From: Variovorax sp. IB41
GTDB taxonomy: Bacteria > Pseudomonadota > Gammaproteobacteria > Burkholderiales > Burkholderiaceae_C
Length of the DNA: 24,000 nucleotides
Reading direction: 5' to 3'
Assembly (NCBI RefSeq): GCF_016405905.1
Contig: NZ_JAEFCB010000004.1
Location: 297,710-321,709, forward strand
The notes under the pieces are model-generated. The model saw nothing but the letters and a program-made list of their open reading frames with translations, did no database searches and had not been told where the DNA came from. Shown here piece after piece: positions 1-7,308 of this stretch (positions within the stretch are counted from its first letter, which is position 1; each line of letters starts with the position of its first letter). A program made the translations under genes and the position numbers.

Positions 1-247
1 GTTCCGCGTCGAGCACCTCGAGGTCGGCATCCTCCGCCTGGCCCGTGCAAAGTGGGTGGATACCCAGGGCGTAGGCATCGCCCTGCCTGTGGGCGAGCTC
101 CCGCACGGCGGCGAAGTTGAAGACGGCCACGGCCGGAATCACGCACAGGGAAACCCCTCGGGCCGCGGCGCGGGCGCGGATCTGCGGCATCTCCGCACCG
201 AATTCGGGCGCGTCCAGGTGGCAGTGGGTATCGACAAACGAAGCCAT
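1..247 (-). CDS. TatD-family metal-dependent hydrolase/DNase, N-terminal part only (gene continues past the window start)
   Basis: This gene is absent from the supplied ORF track because it runs off the window edge. The reverse complement of 247..1 starts with ATG and reads MASFVDTHCHLDAPEFGAEMPQIRARAAARGVSLCVIPAVAVFNFAAVRELAHRQGDAYALGIHPLCTGQAEDADLEVLDAE. The N-terminal DTHCHLD metal-ligand motif and the later GIHP motif are hallmarks of TatD/YcfH/YjjV hydrolases. Codons are GC3-rich. Confidence 0.75.
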   Translation of the reverse strand, partial: MASFVDTHCHLDAPEFGAEMPQIRARAAARGVSLCVIPAVAVFNFAAVRELAHRQGDAYALGIHPLCTGQAEDADLEVLDAE

Positions 248-336
248 CGCGCGATGATGCCCGAAGGGATGCGCAGGCGCGGAAAGCGTGCTACTGTGAA
301 CTCCTTCACGCGTCTTTTTTTGCCGGAGGTTCTCCG

Positions 337-1347
337 ATGCGCAGGCCCGCTTTCTACAGCCGTTCGCCCCGCACGCCGCCGCCGGCCGCAGAACAAGCGG
401 CCGATCTGGCGGATGCCGCGGCATCGCCGGACACGGCAGGCGCAGGTGGCGCCATGCAGCCGCCGACCGCTCATGGTCAGACCGGCTGGCAGCCCGGACG
501 CAAGAGCTTCGCCCTCCTCCTCGTGCTGTGCGCCGCGCTGGTCACCGGCGGCACCGTGTGGTGGCCGCGCCAGGGCAAGGCGATCACGCAGAAAGACATC
601 GACGCGGCCGTGCTGCGCACGATGCAGACCGCCACCCTCCCCTCGCCCGCCGCCAAGGCCGCCGACATCATTCGCCCCTCGGTCGTTCGCGTGGTGAGCT
701 ACGGCCCGGAGAAGGCCACGCCCGAAGCCAAGACCCAGAAGCGCGGCCGCAACATGGCCAAGGGCAAGCCGCCCGAAGCGCCGCTGGACGGCGCGGCGCC
801 CGGCGAAGTCGAGCGCGGCGTGGGCACCGGCGTGGTGATCGTCGACAAGGGCGTGATCCTCACCAACCTGCACGTCGTGGCCGGCTCCGAGAAGATCAAG
901 GTCACCTTCGCCGATGGGCTGGAAGCCGTGGCCGTCATCACCGGCGTGCAGCCCGAGAACGACCTGGCGGTGCTGCAGGCGCAGAAGATTCCCGACGACC
1001 TGATTCCCGCCGCGATGCGCTCCACCGCCGACCTGCGCCCCGGCGACCAGGTGGCCGCCGTGGGCTTTCCGTTCGGCATCGGGCCGTCGGTGTCGGCCGG
1101 CGTGGTGTCGGGCCTGAAGCGCTCGTTCCGCTCGCCCGAGGGCAAGCAGGAACTGGGCAACCTGATCCAGTTCGATGCGGCCGCCAACCCCGGCAATTCG
1201 GGCGGCCCGCTCATCAACATGGACGGCGAGGTGCTGGGCATCGTCACCGCCATCTTGAACCCCACGCAGCAGCGCACCTTCATCGGCATCGGCTTCGCGG
1301 TGCCCATCGAGAACGCGGCCTCCGCGGCGGGATCGCCGCCCTTCTGA
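337..1347 (+). CDS. Membrane-anchored trypsin-like (S1C, HtrA/DegP-type) serine protease without PDZ domain
   Basis: GGAGG lies 6 nt upstream of ATG 337. A Pro/Ala-rich N-tail is followed by one hydrophobic helix (FALLLVLCAALVTGGTVWW). The catalytic triad contexts are TNLHVV (His), ENDLAVLQ (Asp) and GNSGGPL (Ser). The ORF ends right after the protease fold. An alternative in-frame ATG at 454 is not excluded. Confidence 0.85.
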   Translation: MRRPAFYSRSPRTPPPAAEQAADLADAAASPDTAGAGGAMQPPTAHGQTGWQPGRKSFALLLVLCAALVTGGTVWWPRQGKAITQKDIDAAVLRTMQTATLPSPAAKAADIIRPSVVRVVSYGPEKATPEAKTQKRGRNMAKGKPPEAPLDGAAPGEVERGVGTGVVIVDKGVILTNLHVVAGSEKIKVTFADGLEAVAVITGVQPENDLAVLQAQKIPDDLIPAAMRSTADLRPGDQVAAVGFPFGIGPSVSAGVVSGLKRSFRSPEGKQELGNLIQFDAAANPGNSGGPLINMDGEVLGIVTAILNPTQQRTFIGIGFAVPIENAASAAGSPPF

Positions 1348-1401
1348 TTTGCAGGTTCGCCGCCGTTCCGATTTTTCTGATTTCCTTCGAAAGCCCTTCG
1401 C

Positions 1402-2436
1402 ATGAGCACAGAGAACCCGACCACCCCGACCACCTCCAGCTTCTCCACGGCGCCCGCCACCGCCGAGCTGATGGAGCAGATCCTCTACGAGGTCAAGCGC
1501 GTGGTCGTGGGGCAGGACCGATTTCTCGAGCGCGTGATGGTCGCGATGCTTGCGGGCGGGCACCTCTTGGTCGAAGGCGTGCCGGGCCTGGCCAAGACGC
1601 TCACCATCAAGACGCTGGCCGACACCGTGCGCGGCCATTTCAAGCGCATCCAGTTCACGCCCGACCTGGTGCCTGCCGACCTGGTGGGCACGCGCATCTA
1701 CAACCAGAAGACGGGCGAATTCAGCACTTCGCTGGGCCCGGTGTTCGCCAACCTGCTCTTGGCCGACGAAATCAACCGCGCACCGGCCAAGGTGCAGAGC
1801 GCGCTGCTCGAAGTGATGCAGGAGCGCCAGGTCACCATTGCCGGCGAGACGCACAAGGTGCCGCGCCCCTTCCTCGTGATGGCGACGCAGAACCCCATCG
1901 AGACCGAAGGCACCTACCCGCTGCCCGAGGCGCAGGTCGACCGCTTCATGATGAAGGTGCTGGTCGATTACCCAAGCGACGAGGAAGAGTTCGTCATCGT
2001 CCAGCGCGTGATCGGCCCGCCGGTGGAGGCCAGCCCGGTCGCCACCACCGAGCAGCTCGCGGCGCTGCAGGCGGAGGCGCGGCGCGTGTACGTCGATCCT
2101 TCGCTGATCCAGTACGCGGTGAAGCTCGTCTCGGCCACCCGCACGCCCGAGAAGCACGGCCTGAAGGACATGCGCCGCTTCATCACCTTCGGCGCGAGCC
2201 CGCGCGCCAGCATCAGCCTCACCGAGGGCGCGCGCGCCCTCGCACTGCTGCGCGGACGCAGCTACGCGCTGCCCGAGGACATGACCGCGCTGGTGGCCGA
2301 CGTGCTGCGCCATCGCGTGACGCTTTCCTACGAAGGGTTGTCCGAAGGCCTGACGCCCGACAGCCTGATCGAGAAGATCATGCGGGCCATTCCCGCACCA
2401 CCCAAACCTTTGGAACATGAAAAGCTGGTGGCGTAA
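1402..2436 (+). CDS. MoxR-family AAA+ ATPase
   Basis: The 344-aa product has Walker A GVPGLAKT and Walker B LLLADEINRAP. The downstream QNPIETEGTYPLPEAQVDRF region and the C-terminal GASPRA segment are typical of MoxR/RavA-type ATPases. Confidence 0.9.
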   Translation: MSTENPTTPTTSSFSTAPATAELMEQILYEVKRVVVGQDRFLERVMVAMLAGGHLLVEGVPGLAKTLTIKTLADTVRGHFKRIQFTPDLVPADLVGTRIYNQKTGEFSTSLGPVFANLLLADEINRAPAKVQSALLEVMQERQVTIAGETHKVPRPFLVMATQNPIETEGTYPLPEAQVDRFMMKVLVDYPSDEEEFVIVQRVIGPPVEASPVATTEQLAALQAEARRVYVDPSLIQYAVKLVSATRTPEKHGLKDMRRFITFGASPRASISLTEGARALALLRGRSYALPEDMTALVADVLRHRVTLSYEGLSEGLTPDSLIEKIMRAIPAPPKPLEHEKLVA

Positions 2437-3424
2437 GGCCCCCGCGGCCGCGAACGACGAACGGCTTGCAGCCGAATCGGCTGTGGCCGGCGGAGCCGAG
2501 CGCGCGCTGCGCCGGCTCGAATGGACCGTCATCCGCCGCCTCGATGGCCTGCTGCAGGGCGACTACCGCACGCTCATGCGCGGCAGCGGCCTGGACCTCG
2601 CGGACCTGCGCGAATACCAGCACCACGACGACGTGCGCCACATCGACTGGAACGTCACCGCCCGGCTGCAGACGCCGCACGTGCGCGTCTTCACCGAAGA
2701 CCGCGAGATGGCCGCCTGGTTCGTGCTGGATCTCAGCCGCTCGGTCGATTTCGGCTCGGGCCTGAAAGCCAAGCGCGAGATCTCGGCCGGCTTTGTCGGC
2801 GTGCTCGCGCGGCTCCTCACGCGGCACGGCAACCGGGTCGGCGCGCTGGTCTACGGCAACGACCTGGAAGCGGTGATTCCACCGCGCAGCGGCCGGCGCC
2901 ACGTGCTGCACCTGCTGCATTCAATGGAGCGCCGCGCCGACAAGGCGGACGGCCCCGCGCAGAAAGGAATGACCCGTCTGGACGACCTGCTGAAATCCGC
3001 CGCCACGCTGATGCCGCGCCGCTCCACCGTCTTCGTGGTGTCCGACTTCCTGAGCGAACCCGGCTGGGAGCGCCCGCTCGGCCAGTTGGTGCAGCGGCAC
3101 GAGGTGATCGCGGTGCGCCTCTTCGATCCGCTCGAACTCGAACTGCCGGATCTCGGCCTCGTGCCGCTGCGCGATGCCGAGACCGGCGAGCAGCTCTGGG
3201 TCGACACGCACGATGCAGGCTTTCGCAAGCGCTTTGCGCGCCTGGCCGCCGAGCGCGAGGCGACGCTGCGCGCCTCGCTCGCCAAGGCCGGCGTCGATGC
3301 CCTGGAGCTTTCGACCAGCGACGACCTGGTGGAAGCCATCGTTCGTTTTGCCGACCTGCGCAAGCGCCGCACACGCATCAATGCAAGTTCGGGTTCGGGC
3401 AACGTGAAGGCGGTGGCAGCATGA
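2417..3424 (+). CDS. DUF58 domain protein (MoxR-associated, VWA-like)
   Basis: ATG 2417 lies 20 nt inside the moxR 3' end. The DUF58 signature block is REYQHHDDVRHIDWNVTARLQTPHVRVF. It occupies the classical second position after MoxR. Its stop (3422-3424) overlaps the next start as ATGA. Confidence 0.85.
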   Translation: MKSWWRKAPAAANDERLAAESAVAGGAERALRRLEWTVIRRLDGLLQGDYRTLMRGSGLDLADLREYQHHDDVRHIDWNVTARLQTPHVRVFTEDREMAAWFVLDLSRSVDFGSGLKAKREISAGFVGVLARLLTRHGNRVGALVYGNDLEAVIPPRSGRRHVLHLLHSMERRADKADGPAQKGMTRLDDLLKSAATLMPRRSTVFVVSDFLSEPGWERPLGQLVQRHEVIAVRLFDPLELELPDLGLVPLRDAETGEQLWVDTHDAGFRKRFARLAAEREATLRASLAKAGVDALELSTSDDLVEAIVRFADLRKRRTRINASSGSGNVKAVAA

Positions 3425-4458
3425 CTTTTCTCTGGCCTCAATTCCTCTGGCTGCTGGCGGCGTTGCCGCTTTTGGTGTTGCTCTATGTCTGGCTGATCCG
3501 CCGCAAGAAGAAGCTCGCGGTGCGCTACGCGAGCCTCTCGATCGTGCGCGAGGCCATGGGCGCGGGGCAGAGCTTCAGGCGCCATGTGCCGCCCCTGCTG
3601 TTCCTGCTGGCCATGGCCGCGATGCTGGTGGCCGCGGCGCGGCCGATGGCCGTGGTGATGCTGCCCTCGAACCAGCAGACCATCATTCTCGCGATGGACG
3701 TCTCGGGCAGCATGCGCGCAGCCGACGTGCTGCCCAACCGGCTGGTGGCGGCGCAGGAGGCGGCCAAGAGCTTCATCAAGGACCTGCCGCGCACCGTGAA
3801 GGTGGGCATCGTCGCCTTCGCGGGCAGCGCGCAGGTGGCGCAACTGCCCACCACCAACCACGACGACCTGGTGACCGCCATCGACAGCTTCCAGCTGCAG
3901 CGCGCGACTGCCACCGGCAACGCCATCGTGGTGTCGCTGGCCACGCTGTTCCCCGATGCGGGCATCGACGTCGAGCAGTTCAGCGCACCGAGCCGCCAGC
4001 GCGGAACGCCGATCGACCAGACCGACAAGAAGCTCAAGGATTTCACCCCCGTGGCGCCCGGCTCCTTCACCTCGGCCGCGATCATCATGCTGACCGACGG
4101 CCAGCGCACCACCGGCGTCGATCCGCTCGATGCGGCCAAGGCCGCGGCCGACCGCGGCGTGCGCATCTACACGGTGGGCGTGGGCACGGTCGATGGCGAG
4201 ACCATCGGCTTCGAAGGCTGGTCGATGCGCGTGCGGCTGGACGAGGAAACGCTCAAGGCCGTGGCCAACAAGACCAACGCCGAGTACTTCTACGCGGGCA
4301 CCGCGAACGACCTGAAGAAGGTCTACGAAACGCTCAGCTCCAAGCTCACCGTGGAGAAGAAGGAAACGGAAATCTCGGCGCTCTTCGCGCTCGGCGCGGC
4401 GGTGCTCACGCTGCTGTCGGCGGGGCTGTCGCTGCTCTGGTTCAACCGCATCCTCTAG
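3421..4458 (+). CDS. BatA-like transmembrane von Willebrand factor A (VWA) domain protein
   Basis: The true start is taken as the in-frame ATG 3421 inside track ORF 2521-4458. The N-terminus MTFLWPQFLWLLAALPLLVLLYVWLIRRKKK plus a second hydrophobic helix matches the BatA-type pattern. The MIDAS motif DVSGSM is followed by later ATGN and LTDG motifs. There is a C-terminal TM anchor (ISALFALGAAVLTLLSAGLSLLWF). Confidence 0.85.
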   Translation: MTFLWPQFLWLLAALPLLVLLYVWLIRRKKKLAVRYASLSIVREAMGAGQSFRRHVPPLLFLLAMAAMLVAAARPMAVVMLPSNQQTIILAMDVSGSMRAADVLPNRLVAAQEAAKSFIKDLPRTVKVGIVAFAGSAQVAQLPTTNHDDLVTAIDSFQLQRATATGNAIVVSLATLFPDAGIDVEQFSAPSRQRGTPIDQTDKKLKDFTPVAPGSFTSAAIIMLTDGQRTTGVDPLDAAKAAADRGVRIYTVGVGTVDGETIGFEGWSMRVRLDEETLKAVANKTNAEYFYAGTANDLKKVYETLSSKLTVEKKETEISALFALGAAVLTLLSAGLSLLWFNRIL

Positions 4459-4459
4459 C

Positions 4460-5038
4460 TCAGGCCTTCGGCGCGGCCTGCAGGCCCGCGAGCACTTCGC
4501 GCAGGATTTCTTCGGACAGGGCCTCGTCGTCCACGGCGCGGGCCAGCACCACGCCGCCGTACATCGACGCGAGCATGCGGATCGCATCGCCCTTCGCGTT
4601 CTTCTTCGAGCGCCACGGGAAGTTCTTCGCGAACCGGTCGATGACCGACTTCAGGTACGCCGTGAGCGGCGCGCCCACGCCCTGCTCGCTGCCCGGCTGG
4701 CCAGAGTGCGCGGCGAACGCGGCCACGAGACAGCCGTCGGCACGGCCGTCGCGGTGGTCAGGACTGAGGTAGTCGCGCACATAGGTGCGCATGCCTTCGG
4801 GCGTTTCGCCGGCCGCATCGAGGTCGGCGAGCGCGGCATCTCCGGAGTGCGTGATGCACTCGGCCATCAGCGCCTCCTTCGAGTCGAAGTGGTTGTAGAA
4901 CGGGCCGTGCGTGAGGCCCGTGGCTTTCATGATCTCGCTCACGCTCACGCCGTCGAAGCCGCGCTCCTTGAACAGGCGCGAGGCCTCGGCAAGGATCTTC
5001 TGGTGCTTTTCGGCGGTTTCCGCTGCTGGGTATCGCAT
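4460..5038 (-). CDS. TetR/AcrR-family transcriptional regulator
   Basis: The 192-aa product has an N-terminal TetR HTH (ILAEASRLFKERGFDGVSVSEIMKATGLTHGPFYNHFDSKEAL). An SD-like GAAAGAGG lies upstream of the ATG (complement of 5036-5038). It is divergent from the SDR gene. Confidence 0.9.
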   Translation of the reverse strand: MRYPAAETAEKHQKILAEASRLFKERGFDGVSVSEIMKATGLTHGPFYNHFDSKEALMAECITHSGDAALADLDAAGETPEGMRTYVRDYLSPDHRDGRADGCLVAAFAAHSGQPGSEQGVGAPLTAYLKSVIDRFAKNFPWRSKKNAKGDAIRMLASMYGGVVLARAVDDEALSEEILREVLAGLQAAPKA

Positions 5039-5085
5039 GTGACCTCTTTCTGTTCCGGGGTACTTCAGAACCGCGGTTGACGTTA

Positions 5086-5137
5086 AGCATGATAACCATC
5101 ATGCTTCGCCACTTCAAACATGATGGTCATCATGCTT
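5086..5137. promoter_or_regulatory. Twin palindromic operator-like sites in the TetR/SDR divergent promoter region
   Basis: O1 at 5086-5105 is AGCATGAT-AACC-ATCATGCT, with perfect 8-nt arms. O2 has its core at 5119-5134, CATGATG-GT-CATCATG, with perfect 7-nt arms. As 21-mers (5086-5106 versus 5117-5137) the two sites match at 17 of 21 positions. Candidate back-to-back sigma70 promoters overlap them. On the minus strand the -35 is TTGAAG (5112-5117) and the -10 is TATCAT (5089-5094), with a 17-nt spacer. On the plus strand the -35 is TTCAAA (5113-5118) and the -10 is TTTGAT (5136-5141), also with a 17-nt spacer. Confidence 0.5.
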
Positions 5138-5189
5138 TGATCCACGATCCCGAAACCCACCACCACCACTGAACTTGAATGGATTCCAA

Positions 5190-5993
5190 ATGAGCGAACA
5201 AGCAACCCTCGGCACCGCCATCGTCACAGGCGCCTCGGCCGGCCTCGGCAAGATCTACGCGGACCGCCTGGCCCGCCGCGGCCACGACCTCGTGCTGGTG
5301 GCGCGCCGCGCCGACCTGCTGGAAGAAGTCGCGGCCGCCCTGCGCGCCAAGTACGGCGTGAAGGTGCAGGCGCTCGCGGCCGACCTCGCCGTGGCCGACG
5401 ACCTCGCGCGCGTGACCCAGGTCATCGCCACCGACGCGTCGATCGCGCTGCTGGTCAACAACGCCGGCCTCTCGACGCTCGCGCCCGTCGCGCAGACCAC
5501 GACCGCGCAGCTGCAAAGCATGCTGGACGTGAACATCAACGCCCTCGCGCACCTGAGCCACGCCGCGCTGGCCGCCTTCAAGGCGCGCGACCGCGGCACC
5601 CTGGTGAACATCGGCTCGGTGCTGGGCTTCCACACGCTGCCGATCAGCAGCATCTACAGCGGCACCAAGGCCTTCGTGGTCGCGTTCACGCGCGGGCTGC
5701 AGGACGAAGTGGCGGGCACCGGCGTGAAGGTGCAGCTGGTGCTGCCAGCGGCGACGGCCACCGACATCTGGGAACTCTCGGGCGTGCCGATGTCGGCGCT
5801 GGCCGAAGGCACGATCATGGCCGCCGAAGACTGCGTGGACGCCGCCCTCGCCGGCCTCGACCTTGGCGAGCCGATCACCCTGCCGTCGGTGAACGATGCG
5901 GCCCTGCTCGCGACTTTCGTCGATGCAGGCGCCACGCTGTTCGGCGCCTCGCAGACCAGCAAGCCGGCAGCGCGCTACTTGAAGACGGCCTGA
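5190..5993 (+). CDS. Short-chain dehydrogenase/reductase (classical SDR) oxidoreductase
   Basis: ATG 5190 is preferred over the track's TTG at 5175. The motifs are TGASAGLG (cofactor binding), NNAG and the catalytic YSGTK. The last 19 nt overlap the 3' end of the convergent TetR gene. Confidence 0.85.
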   Translation: MSEQATLGTAIVTGASAGLGKIYADRLARRGHDLVLVARRADLLEEVAAALRAKYGVKVQALAADLAVADDLARVTQVIATDASIALLVNNAGLSTLAPVAQTTTAQLQSMLDVNINALAHLSHAALAAFKARDRGTLVNIGSVLGFHTLPISSIYSGTKAFVVAFTRGLQDEVAGTGVKVQLVLPAATATDIWELSGVPMSALAEGTIMAAEDCVDAALAGLDLGEPITLPSVNDAALLATFVDAGATLFGASQTSKPAARYLKTA

Positions 5994-6640
5994 TCGGCCC
6001 GATCAGCGATCGCGGCCTGCGCGGCCGCGATCGCCGCGTAGTCCGGTGACTTCACAGCGCCGATGCCGCCCAGGAACAGATCGGCCACGATCGGCGCGAT
6101 CGCCGCGTGGTCGAGCGTTCCGCCCGGCTTCATCCAGGTGAACATCCAGTTGATCATGCCGAACAGCAGCATGGTCAGCGGCTTGGCCAGGTCGTCGCTG
6201 GGCGCGCCGGGCCGCAGCGCCGACACCGCGCGCGCGAAGCCCGCGACCACCTCGCGCTCCTTGTCGAGCACGCGCTCGCGGTCTTCGTCGTCGAGAAAGC
6301 GCACGTCGTCGGTCAGCACGCGGTGCGCGTCCTGCGCGCCGGCGTATTCCTCCACGATGCGGTAGATGAAGCGGCGAAGACGCTGCTCGTCGGTGTGCGT
6401 CGAGGCCTCTTCCTCGGCCACCAGCGCCGCGAGCTTGGAGACGTGCGTCTCGGCGATGCTGATGAGCAGGCTGCTCTTGTCCTTGTAGTAGTGATAGAGC
6501 GTGGCCTTGGAGAGGTTGCACGCCTCGGCCACCTGGTTCATCGACGTGGCGGGATAGCCCCGGCGCGCGAACAGCTGGGCGGCCTGCGCGAGGATCAACT
6601 CGCGCTGGTCGTCGTAGGTGGCGGATCTTCCACGCGGCAT
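5975..6640 (-). CDS. paaR: TetR/AcrR-family regulator, candidate PaaR-type repressor of the paa genes
   Basis: The 221-aa product has a TetR HTH (LILAQAAQLFARRGYPATSMNQVAEACNLSKATLYHYYKDKSSLL). It sits 65 nt downstream of paaY on the same strand and next to the paa operon. The PaaR assignment rests on context plus the operator at 7389-7410, not on sequence recognition of the protein itself. Confidence 0.7.
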   Translation of the reverse strand: MPRGRSATYDDQRELILAQAAQLFARRGYPATSMNQVAEACNLSKATLYHYYKDKSSLLISIAETHVSKLAALVAEEEASTHTDEQRLRRFIYRIVEEYAGAQDAHRVLTDDVRFLDDEDRERVLDKEREVVAGFARAVSALRPGAPSDDLAKPLTMLLFGMINWMFTWMKPGGTLDHAAIAPIVADLFLGGIGAVKSPDYAAIAAAQAAIADRADQAVFK

Positions 6641-6705
6641 CGGTCGGGTTCCTGGGATGAATCGGTTGGGAGGAGCGCGCGATCTTGCATGAAGCGCGGC
6701 GCGGT

Positions 6706-7308
6706 TCAGCCGCGCTTGGTGGCGATGAGCGGGCGCACGTCGATGGCGGGCATGCGCGGGCGCCCGGCCTCCACCGCCGCGAGCGGCGCCACTTCGCGCA
6801 GGCTCTCGAGGCAGCGCACCGTGAGCGCCTGGTAGACATGCGTGCCTTCGAGCTTCCAGGCGATCTCTTCTTCGGTGAGCTCGCGTTTCACCTTCGCCGG
6901 AATGCCCGAGACCAGCGAGCGCGCCGGCACCTTCATGCCGGCCGGAACGAAGGCGCAGGCCGCGACGATGGCCTTCTCGCCGATCTCGGCCTCGTCCATC
7001 ACCACCGCGTTCATGCCCACCAGCGCATCGCGCCGCACGATGCAGCTGTGCAGGATCGCGCCGTGGCCGATGTGGCCGTTGACCTCCACCACCGTGTCGT
7101 TGTCGGGAAAGCCGTGGATGCAGCAGTGGTCCTGCACGTTGGAGCCCTCCTCCAGAACGATGCGGCCGAAGTCGCCGCGCAGGCTCGCGCAGGGGCCGAC
7201 GTAGCAGCGGGGGCCGACGATCACGTCGCCGATCAGCACCGCGCTCGGGTGCACGTAGGCGCTCGGGTCGACGACGGGAATCACGCCGTCGATGGAATAG
7301 CTGGGCAT
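6706..7308 (-). CDS. paaY: PaaY, hexapeptide-repeat (gamma-carbonic-anhydrase-like) phenylacetate-pathway thioesterase
   Basis: The 200-aa product is collinear with E. coli PaaY as I recall it. [29 protein letters not shown] aligns with E. coli MPIYQIDGLTPVV, and the blocks [34 protein letters not shown] and [11 protein letters not shown] are all present. AGGAGA lies upstream of the ATG. Confidence 0.9.
   Translation of the reverse strand: MPSYSIDGVIPVVDPSAYVHPSAVLIGDVIVGPRCYVGPCASLRGDFGRIVLEEGSNVQDHCCIHGFPDNDTVVEVNGHIGHGAILHSCIVRRDALVGMNAVVMDEAEIGEKAIVAACAFVPAGMKVPARSLVSGIPAKVKRELTEEEIAWKLEGTHVYQALTVRCLESLREVAPLAAVEAGRPRMPAIDVRPLIATKRG

Noticed and set aside
286-321. A GCGTG...CACGC stem followed by T7, resembling an intrinsic terminator.
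   Set aside because: The stem is only 5 bp with a 16-nt loop. It lies between the starts of two divergent genes (TatD at 247, protease at 337), where a terminator makes no sense. The T-tract is treated separately as a 5'-leader feature.
139-2532. A 797-aa minus-strand ORF, together with similar giants at 528-2420 (+), 2851-4587 (-), 8201-10180 (-), 9951-12542 (-), 15332-16780 (-), 18001-19062 (-), 19032-20966 (-) and 21718-22917 (-).
   Set aside because: All are antisense or out of frame to genes with strong family-level matches. Their products are low-complexity Arg/Gly/Ala/His/Asp-rich strings with no recognisable motifs. Long open frames on the wrong strand are expected in roughly 67 percent GC DNA, where stop codons are rare.
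2521-3420. Long N-terminal extensions of real genes in the ORF track. Examples are 2521 for the VWA gene, 7829 for paaI, 10865 for paaA, 13207 for paaB, 14107 for paaD, 18216 for the fused permease-ATPase, 19034 for the LivF-like gene and 21100 for paaZ.
   Set aside because: The extensions run through the preceding genes in another frame and translate to Arg/Pro/Ala-rich nonsense. In each case an internal ATG with an SD or a stop-start overlap gives an N-terminus matching the known family N-terminus.
5089-5189. A his-operon-style attenuator reading of the His-rich mini-ORF.
   Set aside because: There is no terminator or antiterminator structure, and only 17 nt separate the ORF stop from the SDR start. 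The downstream gene is an SDR, not a histidine biosynthesis gene. Much of the His content derives from the CATGAT operator arms.
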